Assembly: GCA_016871255.1 (NCBI GenBank)
Contig: VFZH01000003.1
Location: 2,427-66,426, forward strand
Source of the DNA: Acidimicrobiia bacterium
Lineage (GTDB): Bacteria > Acidobacteriota > Vicinamibacteria > Vicinamibacterales > UBA2999
DNA length: 64,000 nucleotides
Direction: 5' to 3'
The position numbers and the translations under genes are program-made. The stretch's first letter is position 1, and each line of letters begins with the position of its first letter. Of the stretch, positions 12,391 through 20,686 are shown in pieces. The notes beneath the pieces were generated by a model. That model was not told the origin of the DNA. It saw nothing but the letters and a program-made list of their open reading frames with translations, and ran no database searches.

Positions 12391-12434
12391 GGGCCGGTCT
12401 TCCTGGCCTGAGCGAAGCCGAAGGCGGCCGGCCC
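12391..12434. repeat. Hairpin repeat family 'REP-2', copy a (24-nt core TCCTGGCCTGAGCGAAGCCGAAGG)
   Basis: Core at 12401-12424 flanked by GGGCCGG...CCGGCCC. The same core occurs at 50637-50660 and, inverted, at 61913-61936. Confidence 0.8.
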
Positions 12435-12467
12435 GAATCCGAGCGCGCTCGGAGGTTGCCGGCCGGA

Positions 12468-12875
12468 TTACCCCCGGCTCATCTCCTCGATCCGCTTCCA
12501 CTGCGCGTCGGTCACCGGCATGACGGACAGCCGCGGCATGCGCACCAGCGCGAAGTCGGCGAAGAACGGGTCCGCCTTGATGGCGGCGAGCGTCACGGGG
12601 CTGGCCAGCTTCTCCAGCGGCACGAGATCGACCGCCGCCAGCTTGCCGCTCCGATCCTTCGGATCGTCGTACGCGTTCCCGTCCGCGCGCGCGATCCCCA
12701 CCACCGCTTTTTCCTTGCCGGTGTGGTAGTAGAAGAGGCGATCGCCCTTGCGGATGGCGCGCAGGTGCTTCTGCGCGAGCGGGTTCTTCACGCCGGACCA
12801 CTCCGTGCGTCCGTCGCCGACGAACGCGTCGAACGAGTAGTGCTCCGGTTCTTCCTTCACCAGCCACCGAGCCAT
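12468..12875 (-). CDS. EVE (PUA-like) domain protein
   Basis: MARWLVKEEPEHYSFDAF...GVKNPLAQKHLRAIRKGDRLFYYHTG...VVGIARA is the typical EVE/thymocyte-nuclear-protein-like pattern. The start is the 24th codon of the track ORF. Confidence 0.85.
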   Translation of the reverse strand: MARWLVKEEPEHYSFDAFVGDGRTEWSGVKNPLAQKHLRAIRKGDRLFYYHTGKEKAVVGIARADGNAYDDPKDRSGKLAAVDLVPLEKLASPVTLAAIKADPFFADFALVRMPRLSVMPVTDAQWKRIEEMSRG

Positions 12876-13428
12876 GGGCCGGATTATACGGAAGCTGCCG
12901 GATCGGATCCCGCCTCGGCCGCGGGTGCTCTTCGTGGGTATCAATCCGGGACTGCGGTCGGCGGAGACCGGCCACCACTTCGCAGGTCCGTCGAACCGGT
13001 TCTGGCGGCTCCTCCATGAGTCGCGGCTCGTGCCCGTCGGTCTGGCGCCGGAAGACGACGTGCGGCTGCCGGAGTGGGGCTACGGGATCACGAATCTCGT
13101 GGCGAAGCCGACGGCGGGTCTCGACGACCTGACGGCGGTGGACCTGAGGCGCGGCGCCCGGCGTCTCGAAGCGAAGATCGCGGCGGTGCAGCCGCGTGTC
13201 GTGGCGCTCGTGGGTGTGACCGTGTATCGCGCGCTGTTTCCGGAGCGGAAGGGCGCGGTGCCGCCGGGCCGTCACGCCGAGGTGATCGCGGATGCGCCGG
13301 TGTTCGTGCTTCCGAACCCGAGCGGCCGCAACGCGGCGTACTCCTACGACGAGATGCTGTCGGCCTTCACCGCCCTCCGGCGGTTCGTATCTCGCGTTGC
13401 ACCCGCACCAGCACCGCCTCGTCGCTGA
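12874..13428 (+). CDS. mug: G/U mismatch-specific (Mug/TDG family) DNA glycosylase
   Basis: VLFVGINPGLRSAETGHHFAGPSNRFW and VLPNPSGRNA motifs, collinear with E. coli Mug. Confidence 0.85.
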   Translation: MGRIIRKLPDRIPPRPRVLFVGINPGLRSAETGHHFAGPSNRFWRLLHESRLVPVGLAPEDDVRLPEWGYGITNLVAKPTAGLDDLTAVDLRRGARRLEAKIAAVQPRVVALVGVTVYRALFPERKGAVPPGRHAEVIADAPVFVLPNPSGRNAAYSYDEMLSAFTALRRFVSRVAPAPAPPRR

Positions 13429-14977
13429 TCTGCTCGATGAGATCCACCGCGAACCCGCGGGCGGCGACCGTGCGCACGCCGGTCGCAGGGGTCACGATCA
13501 CGCCGTCCATCGCGGCGCCGTCCCAGGTGGGTGGCGCCGCGCGCAGGTAGTAGTCCAGCCCGAACCGCCACGATCGATCCAGGTCGTGCACGTAGATCGG
13601 GTCGCCGTTGGCCACCGCCGCAGCTCGAGCCGCGGCGGTGCGCGGCGTGAGCTGCGCGTCGAGCGCCGGGACGATCCGCAGGTTGATGGCCGCAAACAGC
13701 AGGGTCATGGCGATCGACGTGAGCCCCACGGCGATCCAGGTCTGGCCGCGCAGACCGAGCAGCGTGATGCCGATGGCGGCACCGCCCAGTGCGACCGGCC
13801 ACGTGGTGGACACGCCGAGCGCGGCCAGCGCGCCCCGCGTGTCTTCCGGTGCCGCGTCCGGGAGCGCGGTCCCGGCTGCGGCTGCCAGCATGACGAGCAG
13901 CAGGCCGATGGCCGTCGGCGGCAGCGACGGACCGTCGCGGCGCGCCGGCGAGGTGGCAACCGAGCGGGCCATCAGCAGGACCAGCGGCGGGAAGATCGGC
14001 AGGATGTAGCCGGGCAGCTTCGACTGCGACGCGCTGAAGAAGACGAACGGCACGATGGCCCAGCACAGGGCCAGCGTCCGCACGGTGGCGCGCGGCCCCC
14101 TGATCTCGCGAACGGCGTCGCGGATGGCCGGAGCCAGCAGTGGTGTCCACGGTACGAAACCCAGGATCAGGACGAGGGCGAAGTACCAGACGGGCTGCTC
14201 GTGCTGGAAGACCGGTGTCAGGAAGCGCTGCAGGTTGTGTTCGATGACGAACACCTGGAAGAACTCCGGGTTCCGGAGCGCGCAGAGCGCGTACCAGGGC
14301 AGCGCCACGGCGAGTGCCGTGGCGATCGCCGCCGGATGTGCGAGGCGGAGGCCCTCGCGCCAGCGACGGGTGACGAGCATCCAGAGCGCGATGCTGCCGC
14401 CGGCCAGCAGGACGCCGGCCGGTCCCTTCGCCAGCACCGAGAGCCCGAGGGACGCACCCCAGGCGAGGAGGGCCGCCCATCTCGTGCGTGGTGTGCCCGC
14501 CTCTGGCGTCTGCATCAGGACGAACGCCGCCGCGACGAACGCCAGCGTGAGCGTGCCGGTGAACGGCATGTCGGTGCTGGCGCCACGCGAGAAGGCGAGC
14601 GCTGCAATCGTCGTGGGCAGGATGAGGAGCACGGCGAACGCCGCCGGTGCGCCGGACGTGCGGGCGGCCAGCAGCGCCACTGCCAGCGTGGCGGCCGTGG
14701 CGGCCATGGCCGACGGGAGCCGGGCGGCGGCTTCGGAATCGCCGAAGGCGAGGAAGGACGCTGCCGCGCCCCAGTAGTAGAGCACCGGCTTCTCGAACCA
14801 CGGTTCACCGTTGAGCCGGGGGGTCACCCAGTCGCCGCTGTCGGCCATCGCGCGGGCCACCGAGGCGTAGCGGGGCTCGTCCGGGCCGATCAGCCCCAGC
14901 CGGCTGGCGCCGCTGAAGAACGAGAGCCAGACGACGAGGGCGCAGGCCAGGCCGGCGAGGAAGTGCCAGGTCGGCAT
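13367..14977 (-). CDS. GT39/ArnT-like (PMT family) membrane glycosyltransferase
   Basis: PDEPRYASVARAMADSGDWVTPRLNGEPWFEKPVLYYW signature and a polytopic body. Start at Met-16 of the track ORF (the upper limit is 15022). Confidence 0.8.
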   Translation of the reverse strand: MPTWHFLAGLACALVVWLSFFSGASRLGLIGPDEPRYASVARAMADSGDWVTPRLNGEPWFEKPVLYYWGAAASFLAFGDSEAAARLPSAMAATAATLAVALLAARTSGAPAAFAVLLILPTTIAALAFSRGASTDMPFTGTLTLAFVAAAFVLMQTPEAGTPRTRWAALLAWGASLGLSVLAKGPAGVLLAGGSIALWMLVTRRWREGLRLAHPAAIATALAVALPWYALCALRNPEFFQVFVIEHNLQRFLTPVFQHEQPVWYFALVLILGFVPWTPLLAPAIRDAVREIRGPRATVRTLALCWAIVPFVFFSASQSKLPGYILPIFPPLVLLMARSVATSPARRDGPSLPPTAIGLLLVMLAAAAGTALPDAAPEDTRGALAALGVSTTWPVALGGAAIGITLLGLRGQTWIAVGLTSIAMTLLFAAINLRIVPALDAQLTPRTAAARAAAVANGDPIYVHDLDRSWRFGLDYYLRAAPPTWDGAAMDGVIVTPATGVRTVAARGFAVDLIEQISDEAVLVRVQREIRTAGGR

Positions 14978-15102
14978 CAGGCGGGCGCCGCCGCGCGGCG
15001 GAAGGCGGACATGGGCAGCCATTCTGGCACGTGGCGCTACAGATGAGGTTGGGTGTAGTCTCCATGTGGCGGGGCTTGTCCCGCACTGAAAGGACTACTT
15101 CG

Positions 15103-15462
15103 ATGAAGCGCCTCATGGCCGCCTGCGCTCTCCTCTTCGTCGCAGCTGCGTCGTCGCCTGCGCTGGCTCAGAGCCGGCTCGATTTCAGGCTCGTGAACCA
15201 GACCGGCTTCGTGATCGTGGAGCTGTACGTGTCGCCGACCAACGCAAAGAGCTGGGAGGAGGACATCCTGGGCGAGGACGTGCTCCCGCACAATCGGGCG
15301 GTGGACATCCGGTTCTCGCGCAGCGAGAAGTCGTGCACGTGGGACATGAAGATCGTGGACGAGGATGGCGACGAGGTGGAGTGGACGAACCTCGATCTGT
15401 GCGAAGCGTCCGAGGTGACGCTTCGGTACGAACGCGGGACGCCGACCGCGCTGATCGACTAG
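15103..15462 (+). CDS. Small secreted hypothetical protein
   Basis: MKRLMAACALLFVAAASSPALAQ signal peptide, followed by about 95 aa containing two Cys. Confidence 0.55.
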   Translation: MKRLMAACALLFVAAASSPALAQSRLDFRLVNQTGFVIVELYVSPTNAKSWEEDILGEDVLPHNRAVDIRFSRSEKSCTWDMKIVDEDGDEVEWTNLDLCEASEVTLRYERGTPTALID

Positions 15463-15570
15463 GCCGTCCCGCCCCACCGTTCCCTGGACACCCCCGCGAC
15501 GGCGATGCCAGCGTCGTCGGCGGTCGGGGGAAGGGTGGCAGGCTTCGGGTGTGCGCATAGTGTGCGTAGC

Positions 15571-16338
15571 ATGACGGCCAAACGGTCTGGAGAGCGCGTC
15601 GCATCGGTGCGTGAGTACGTTGCGTCGAAGCCGAAAGAGTGTCGAGCCAGCCTCGAAGCGGTGCGCCGCGCGATTCTCAAGGCGCTCCCGAATGCGCAGG
15701 AAGGACTGGCCTACCAGATGCCGGCCTACACGCTGAACGGCGTCGGCGTGCTGTATTTCGCCGGGTGGAAGTCACACTACTCGCTCTATCCCGCAAGCGA
15801 TGCGTTGGTCGAGGCGTTCGCCAAAGAGCTGGCGCCATACGAACGCAGCAAGGGGACGCTCAAGTTCCCATTGTCCGAGCCCGTGCCCGTCCGCCTGATC
15901 GAGCGGATCGCGAAGTTCCGGGCCCGGCAACTCACGACGCGGGACGCGGCTGCGGGCCGGCGCAAAGGCGGACGGGAAGGACAGGTCGATCGGATCCGCC
16001 GCATCTGCGGCGCGCTTCCCAGCGCGTTCGAGAAGATGTCGCACGGCGCGCCCTGCTTCTTCGTCGAGCAGGGCAAGGGCTGCTTCGCGATGTTTTCGGA
16101 GCACCACCGCGACGATGGCCGGCCGTCGCTTTGGGTGCCGGTGGCGGACGGCGTTCAGCCGCTGATGATCGAAGAATCGCCCGACATCTATTTTTACCCG
16201 CGGTATGTCGGCGCCGACGGGTGGGTGGGCATCCTCCTCGATCAGATCGCGGATGACGCGCTCGAGAGCCGCCTGCGCGAGGCGCGGCGGATCATCGCGT
16301 CCAGGCGGAAGCCCGCGCGCAAGCTGCGCGGCATGTAG
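15571..16338 (+). CDS. Fusion of a DUF1801/YdhG-like domain and an MmcQ/YjbR-like domain
   Basis: The N-terminal half (VREYVASKPKECRASLEAVRRAILKALP...LKFPL) is YdhG-like. The C-terminal half (MSHGAPCFFVEQGKGCFAMF...GWVGILLD) is YjbR-like. Confidence 0.6.
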   Translation: MTAKRSGERVASVREYVASKPKECRASLEAVRRAILKALPNAQEGLAYQMPAYTLNGVGVLYFAGWKSHYSLYPASDALVEAFAKELAPYERSKGTLKFPLSEPVPVRLIERIAKFRARQLTTRDAAAGRRKGGREGQVDRIRRICGALPSAFEKMSHGAPCFFVEQGKGCFAMFSEHHRDDGRPSLWVPVADGVQPLMIEESPDIYFYPRYVGADGWVGILLDQIADDALESRLREARRIIASRRKPARKLRGM

Positions 16339-16547
16339 GGTCACCCGAGACTCCGCCGAATCACCGCGCCCGATCGCGTTCCATCCTGGAGCCTGGACTC
16401 GGGGTGGTTGTGCTGGTCCCGAGCCAGCCACGACAAGCTGGACCATCGCCGTGACCCTCGGTAGATCTCGCGGAATCGACAGGGTCACGTCACAGCTACG
16501 TCACAGTGCGCGCCGCGTTGAAGGAGCACGCCTTCGGGCGTGTTGCG

Positions 16548-17015
16548 TCAGGCCGTCTTCGTCCGAACGACCAGGTCCACGTCACAGTTGAGCACTTGCA
16601 GCAGCGCGAGCAGCTGATCGACGGACTTGCGGTAGTTCGTCTGATCGAGCAGTCGATACAACTGCGCCGCCGACGTCCCCAGCCTGCGCACGATCTCGCG
16701 CTTCGAGAGCGGGCTCTTTGCCACGCGCTTCTGTGCTTCGATCGTCAGGCGGTACAGCAGGAGATCGCGGAGGTAGGTGGGATCCTGGTTGTACTCGAGC
16801 ACCTGATCGACGTGCACCGTGCCGGTGCGGCCGGAGTGAAGGACGTAGCTGAACGCCTCCCGACCGGCCTCCGCGTCGACCGACAGCTCTGTGACCGGGT
16901 CTTCGGTCGTGGGCGCTGGCTCCGCCATCGAGAACGGGAACACGAGCTTCTTCGTCGAGGTGCAGACCTCGAACTCTTTCTTCCGGTTGTTGTGCCTGAC
17001 AGCACGGATCTTCAC
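16548..17015 (-). CDS. Putative antitoxin-like protein with C-terminal XRE-type HTH
   Basis: 155 aa. The C-terminal SKREIVRRLGTSAAQLYRLLDQTN is an HTH pattern. 4-nt overlap with the upstream DUF4160 gene. Confidence 0.55.
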   Translation of the reverse strand: MKIRAVRHNNRKKEFEVCTSTKKLVFPFSMAEPAPTTEDPVTELSVDAEAGREAFSYVLHSGRTGTVHVDQVLEYNQDPTYLRDLLLYRLTIEAQKRVAKSPLSKREIVRRLGTSAAQLYRLLDQTNYRKSVDQLLALLQVLNCDVDLVVRTKTA

Positions 17016-17206
17016 AGCAGTCCCTCAGCCTCCAGCTCGCTGATCAGTTCCAGAAGGCGACGCGTCGCCGCTCCCTTCATCGGTTTCTGGTTGTCCGAAT
17101 CCCACTTCACGATCAGCTTGCCGTCGCGATAGACGTGCACATGGCGCGGCGGGTGATCGCCCTTCCACGTGATGAACACGTACCCGCCCCGCCGATACTT
17201 GCCCAC
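17012..17206 (-). CDS. DUF4160-like small protein (putative TA-module component)
   Basis: 64 aa containing the GDHPPRHVHVY motif characteristic of DUF4160. Confidence 0.6.
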   Translation of the reverse strand: MGKYRRGGYVFITWKGDHPPRHVHVYRDGKLIVKWDSDNQKPMKGAATRRLLELISELEAEGLL

Positions 17207-17291
17207 GGACCTAAGAGGTTACCATGAGGGGTAACAGTTTCCGAAACGGTCTACTTGACGCACGGGTAACGGGAAGCGTAGGCTCTGCCGC

Positions 17292-18020
17292 ATGTGGAAA
17301 AGCGGCAAGGTCGTGCTTGAGTTCCTCGGCCACGTCAGCACAGTTGCGTGGCTTGCCGGGCTGGCGGGTGGATCAGCGACAGCCGCGCGCGCGGTGTCTG
17401 TGATGCCTGGTGGCTGGCTTCAGAATCCGTTCGTGCCGGCAGCTTGGTTCTTCTCCACGTTAGCCGGAGTTGTGCTCGCTGGGAGGGCGGTTGAGTGGGG
17501 ATGGAAGCGAACTCACCCCGTCACGCTGACAGTCAGTCTCCATGGTGGCGAGGATGCCGCAATAGCGATCTCACCATCAGAGAGCGGTGACTTTTATGGA
17601 ACAGGCTGGCTGCTGCCGAGCGAAGAGATTCAGAACATCCGGCGTGAACGTCCGTTTACGTTGGTATGGGCGCACTACGCAGGCCAGTACCGACGTGTCA
17701 GGGGACGTGACAAGTCCACACTTCTGATCTCGACGCTCCGTGAACGTGGGACGACACTTGAGTTGCGCGTACATGGTGATGAAGGAGTGATTAGAACCTG
17801 GGATGTTAGTAAAGCGCGCCGTCAGCACAGATCGCGTGATGATGATGGCCGATTCTTCGAGGACGATCTGCCGTGGCTAGCCTTGCGGCTTGAAGTGCGG
17901 GCGAAACAGTTCCCGAACGTGTGGACATTCGACTACCGATTCAGGGTCAATAAGAATCTGAAGTTTGAGATTGAGCCGACTACGCCGTTAGCTGCTCGTA
18001 CTGAAGAGGCGTCCCATTGA
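17292..18020 (+). CDS. Passenger hypothetical protein (two N-terminal hydrophobic helices)
   Basis: 242-aa ORF lying entirely inside the IS. Its 3' end overlaps the transposase 3' end by 41 nt (convergent). No recognisable family. Confidence 0.45.
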   Translation: MWKSGKVVLEFLGHVSTVAWLAGLAGGSATAARAVSVMPGGWLQNPFVPAAWFFSTLAGVVLAGRAVEWGWKRTHPVTLTVSLHGGEDAAIAISPSESGDFYGTGWLLPSEEIQNIRRERPFTLVWAHYAGQYRRVRGRDKSTLLISTLRERGTTLELRVHGDEGVIRTWDVSKARRQHRSRDDDGRFFEDDLPWLALRLEVRAKQFPNVWTFDYRFRVNKNLKFEIEPTTPLAARTEEASH

Positions 18021-18879
18021 CAAGTCGTATGAGCGTGTCGCGAAACAGGTAAGGATTCTTCCGGTTGTTGAATCGGAACTCGAACTCGTCGAGGTAGCGA
18101 TCAAGGTGCTTGTGCGAAATCTGGTGAAACGAGCCAACAACCCCGCGCTTGAACAGGCCGAAGGCGCCTTCGACACTATTGGTGTGGACATCCCCGCGCA
18201 CCCACTCTTTCGCGGAGTGGTTCACGGTCTGGTGCAGCCCAACTGCGCCAGAGTCCGCGTCCAAGCCTTGGTAACTCGGATGTTCGTCCGTGTAGATGTT
18301 CGTCACGTCCGGCGAGACGTGATCGGCGATGAAGCCTTGCAGCGTGGCCTTGTCGTCCCGCTTGTCTACCTTCATCCGAATGTGTCCGCCGCGTTCCAAG
18401 GCAGCAAGCACCATCGCCTTGTTGCCAACGTAGCCGCGCCCCATGCCACGGCGCGTTCCGCCGATGTAGGTTTCGTCGGCTTCAACCGTGCCGGTGAGCG
18501 GGCGCGGACTGACATCCGTCATGGCCTCTCGGATGCGATGGCAGAGATACCATGCGGTCTTCTTCGCCACGCCAAGTGTCCGCATGACCTGATTCGCACT
18601 CATGCCCTTCTTCGCTTCGCACAGCAGGAGCACGGCCATGAACCACTTCGCCAACGGCAGATGCGAGTCGTTGAAGATCGTGCCAGTGGTCACGGAGAAG
18701 CGGTAACGACAGTCGTTGCAGTCAAACTGCTTCCGCGTGGTGATGCGCGAAATCGAATCGGAGCCGCACCGAAGACATCTCACACCCTTCGGCCAACGAA
18801 GCTGCTCCAACGCGGCGCGGCACTCGGCGTCCGTGTCGAAATCGGTCATGAGACGAGGAAGCGTCATCTTGCGAGTCAT
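17980..18879 (-). CDS. IS1595-family transposase (zinc-ribbon + DDE_Tnp_IS1595)
   Basis: N-terminal CLRCGS...CNDCRYRFSVTTGTIF zinc ribbon, VEADETYIGG and TDEHPSYQGL motifs, and a C-terminal HLDRYLDEFEFRFNNR. Confidence 0.9.
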   Translation of the reverse strand: MTRKMTLPRLMTDFDTDAECRAALEQLRWPKGVRCLRCGSDSISRITTRKQFDCNDCRYRFSVTTGTIFNDSHLPLAKWFMAVLLLCEAKKGMSANQVMRTLGVAKKTAWYLCHRIREAMTDVSPRPLTGTVEADETYIGGTRRGMGRGYVGNKAMVLAALERGGHIRMKVDKRDDKATLQGFIADHVSPDVTNIYTDEHPSYQGLDADSGAVGLHQTVNHSAKEWVRGDVHTNSVEGAFGLFKRGVVGSFHQISHKHLDRYLDEFEFRFNNRKNPYLFRDTLIRLVNGTPLQYEQLTA

Positions 18880-19565
18880 GGGAGCCTCTGTGCCTAGAAG
18901 GACGAAGACGGCAGCGGAGATGACGGACAGAGAGCTTGTCCGGAAGCTGTTTCCGGCGCCTGTCCGGAAGGAACTGAAACAGGTGCTAGCCGACCTGAAC
19001 GCGGAGCGGCCGAAGCGCCGAAAACAGGCCGGAAAGACGAAGAAACACTAACCACGGACACAGTATGCCAGAAAGGCTACCGTGCGTCAAGTAGACCGTT
19101 TCGACAGTTTCGATGCGCCTCGCTTCCCGCCATTCTGGCGGGATACTTGGCGGGATTGCGCCAAGCCGCGAGCCTGAATGCCAGACAGCCCCGAATCAAC
19201 TTGGACGCGGAGAAACTTCGCTGAGGCTGAGCAGGAACACGGAAAGGCACACAGTTGCGGCTTCGTCAACCGGCGCATCTGCCGCTTGCTGGAACGGCAG
19301 GGAAGCGGGTCGCGAGCCCATTGTGGGTGTGATCATGCCCAATGTGGGCAAGCGCCACGGCACCGATAGCGCACGCTAGCGGCTGCGCCCGACGGACGAC
19401 AGTCGAGACTCAGCAGTCCCCACTTCATCAACGGACTCGGTGGCCGTCGTGCAGGTTGGCCCTCGACTTCTGGCGACCGGCAGGAATCCGCCTCGAAGGC
19501 CTCACGTCACAGTTTGTTTTTGCGCGGATCCCCGCCTGCCGGTAGACTGTTGATTCCACTTGAAC

Positions 19566-19655
19566 GGAGAGATGTCCGAGTGGTTGAAGGAGCACGCTTG
19601 GAAAGCGTGTGTAGGGGAAACTCTACCGTGGGTTCGAATCCCACTCTCTCCGCCA
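19566..19655 (+). tRNA. tRNA-Ser (anticodon GGA), CCA encoded
   Basis: Acceptor stem GGAGAGA/TCTCTCC. Anticodon stem CACGC/GCGTG with loop TTGGAAA. Long variable arm, T-arm GTGGG-TTCGAAT-CCCAC, discriminator G plus CCA. Confidence 0.9.
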
Positions 19656-19939
19656 AACGATTCCCGCGGTTTTTCCTCAGTATTTCGCCCGAAACCAACG
19701 AGACTCGAATTCTCTCTGCCATCGCTGCACTGTTCGCAGGAATGCTGAGCGATTGCGATTTCCGCGACGGAAATCGCGCGAAGTGAACTTTCCGAGTGTC
19801 ATTGTGATACTCGCCGTTCGGAAGGCCGGTTCGCGCGGGGCACCGTGCGGAACCAAACCAAACTCGGGCCCGGCCTCAGCACGCGAAGGATCGTGGCGCC
19901 TGCAGAGGAACCAATGCGATGATTCTCGTTGAGGGTTGC

Positions 19940-20179
19940 ATGTCGACGTCAGTCAAAGGCGTGTATCGTGACGGCCGCATCGTGCTGCTTGAGACTCCCA
20001 AGGGCGTCGAAGAAGTTGAGGTGGTCGTCACGTTCCCAGACGGCGCCATTCCGACCGGCGACTCGACGGACCGAGAGGCGCGTCGACAGCTCGCGCTGAA
20101 GTGGCTTCGGGAGGGCGGCTGGAATCTCGGCGGTGCGCCCTACCCCAGTCGCGACGAGCTTCATGACCGGACGCGCTAG
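19940..20179 (+). CDS. Antitoxin-like small protein (partner of the VapC below)
   Basis: MSTSVKGVYRDGRIVLLETPKGVEE... resembles DUF104/AF2212-type antitoxins. Ends 2 nt before the PIN gene. Confidence 0.55.
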   Translation: MSTSVKGVYRDGRIVLLETPKGVEEVEVVVTFPDGAIPTGDSTDREARRQLALKWLREGGWNLGGAPYPSRDELHDRTR

Positions 20180-20181
20180 TC

Positions 20182-20598
20182 ATGGCGCGGTCGCTCGTGG
20201 ATACCAACGTCCTGACTTATTCCCGCGATCTGAACGAACCGGTGAAACGCGCTCGTGCCATTGAAGTGATCGACCAACTTGGCGCGGGTGGAGAGCTCGC
20301 GCTGAGCGCGCAATGCCTCAACGAGTTCAGTTCGACGTCGCTGCGCCGTGGGACTCCGATCTCAGAAGTGCGGATAGCTGTTTCCCGGTGGCGCGATCTG
20401 GGCGACGTACTGGCGTTGACCGGAGCTGCGACAGCGGCGGCGCTGACAGCGGTCGAGCAGTACCGCTTGTCGTCCTGGGACGCTCTCATCTGGGCCACCG
20501 CGCGAGACGCTGGCGTCCCCATCATCCTGTCCGAAGACTTCCAAGACGGACAAGAGATCGAGGGCGTCCGCTTCGTCAATCCTTTCAAGCAGTCCTGA
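20182..20598 (+). CDS. vapC: PIN-domain toxin (VapC family)
   Basis: SLVDTNVL... SWDALIWATARDAGVPIILSEDFQ pattern of PIN acidic residues. Confidence 0.85.
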   Translation: MARSLVDTNVLTYSRDLNEPVKRARAIEVIDQLGAGGELALSAQCLNEFSSTSLRRGTPISEVRIAVSRWRDLGDVLALTGAATAAALTAVEQYRLSSWDALIWATARDAGVPIILSEDFQDGQEIEGVRFVNPFKQS

Positions 20599-20686
20599 CC
20601 TCGTGGTTGCTGGCCACTTTCTCCGTGTCCCCCGCGTCCGCTCGATCGGCGCCGCGCCGCAGCGCATCCACCCACGAGGTCACGAC

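Larger units (their letters stand above)
17242..19103. mobile_element. IS1595-family insertion sequence (1862 bp) with passenger ORF
   Basis: Perfect 24-bp terminal inverted repeats: CGAAACGGTCTACTTGACGCACGG at 17242-17265 and its reverse complement at 19080-19103. They are flanked by the 8-bp direct repeat ACAGTTTC (17234-17241 and 19104-19111). Encodes an IS1595-type DDE transposase. Confidence 0.9.

Noticed and set aside
13367-13428. Long convergent 3' overlaps (mug/GT39 62 nt; FGase/GCS2 56 nt at 37623-37678; ampG/Tat-protein 94 nt at 56362-56455) as deliberate antisense regulation.
   Set aside because: In GC-rich DNA stop codons are sparse, so C-terminal tails often run on. The overlapping tails are non-conserved-looking and low in complexity. 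There is no evidence beyond the ORF geometry.
18878-19051. Small + strand ORF inside the IS (MGASVPRRTKTAAEMTDRELVRKLF...KRRKQAGKTKKH) whose ATG overlaps the transposase start (CATG).
   Set aside because: It is short and basic, has no recognisable family and lies in the region expected to hold the transposase promoter and right IR. It cannot be supported as a gene from the sequence alone.
16484-19514. The 11-nt direct repeat TCACGTCACAG (16484-16494, with a 9-nt partial copy ACGTCACAG at 16496-16504, and 19503-19513) as possible att sites flanking the TA/IS segment next to tRNA-Ser.
   Set aside because: Hundreds of 11-mer matches are expected by chance among all position pairs in a 64-kb window. 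The repeat also does not include tRNA sequence.
19703-19725. Sequence TCGAATTCTCTCTGCCA about 50 nt downstream of tRNA-Ser, resembling the tRNA 3' end (TCGAATCCCACTCTCTCCGCCA); possibly a remnant att repeat.
   Set aside because: It is short and gapped, lies only about 50 nt from the tRNA, and no integrase is nearby. It cannot be distinguished from chance by eye.
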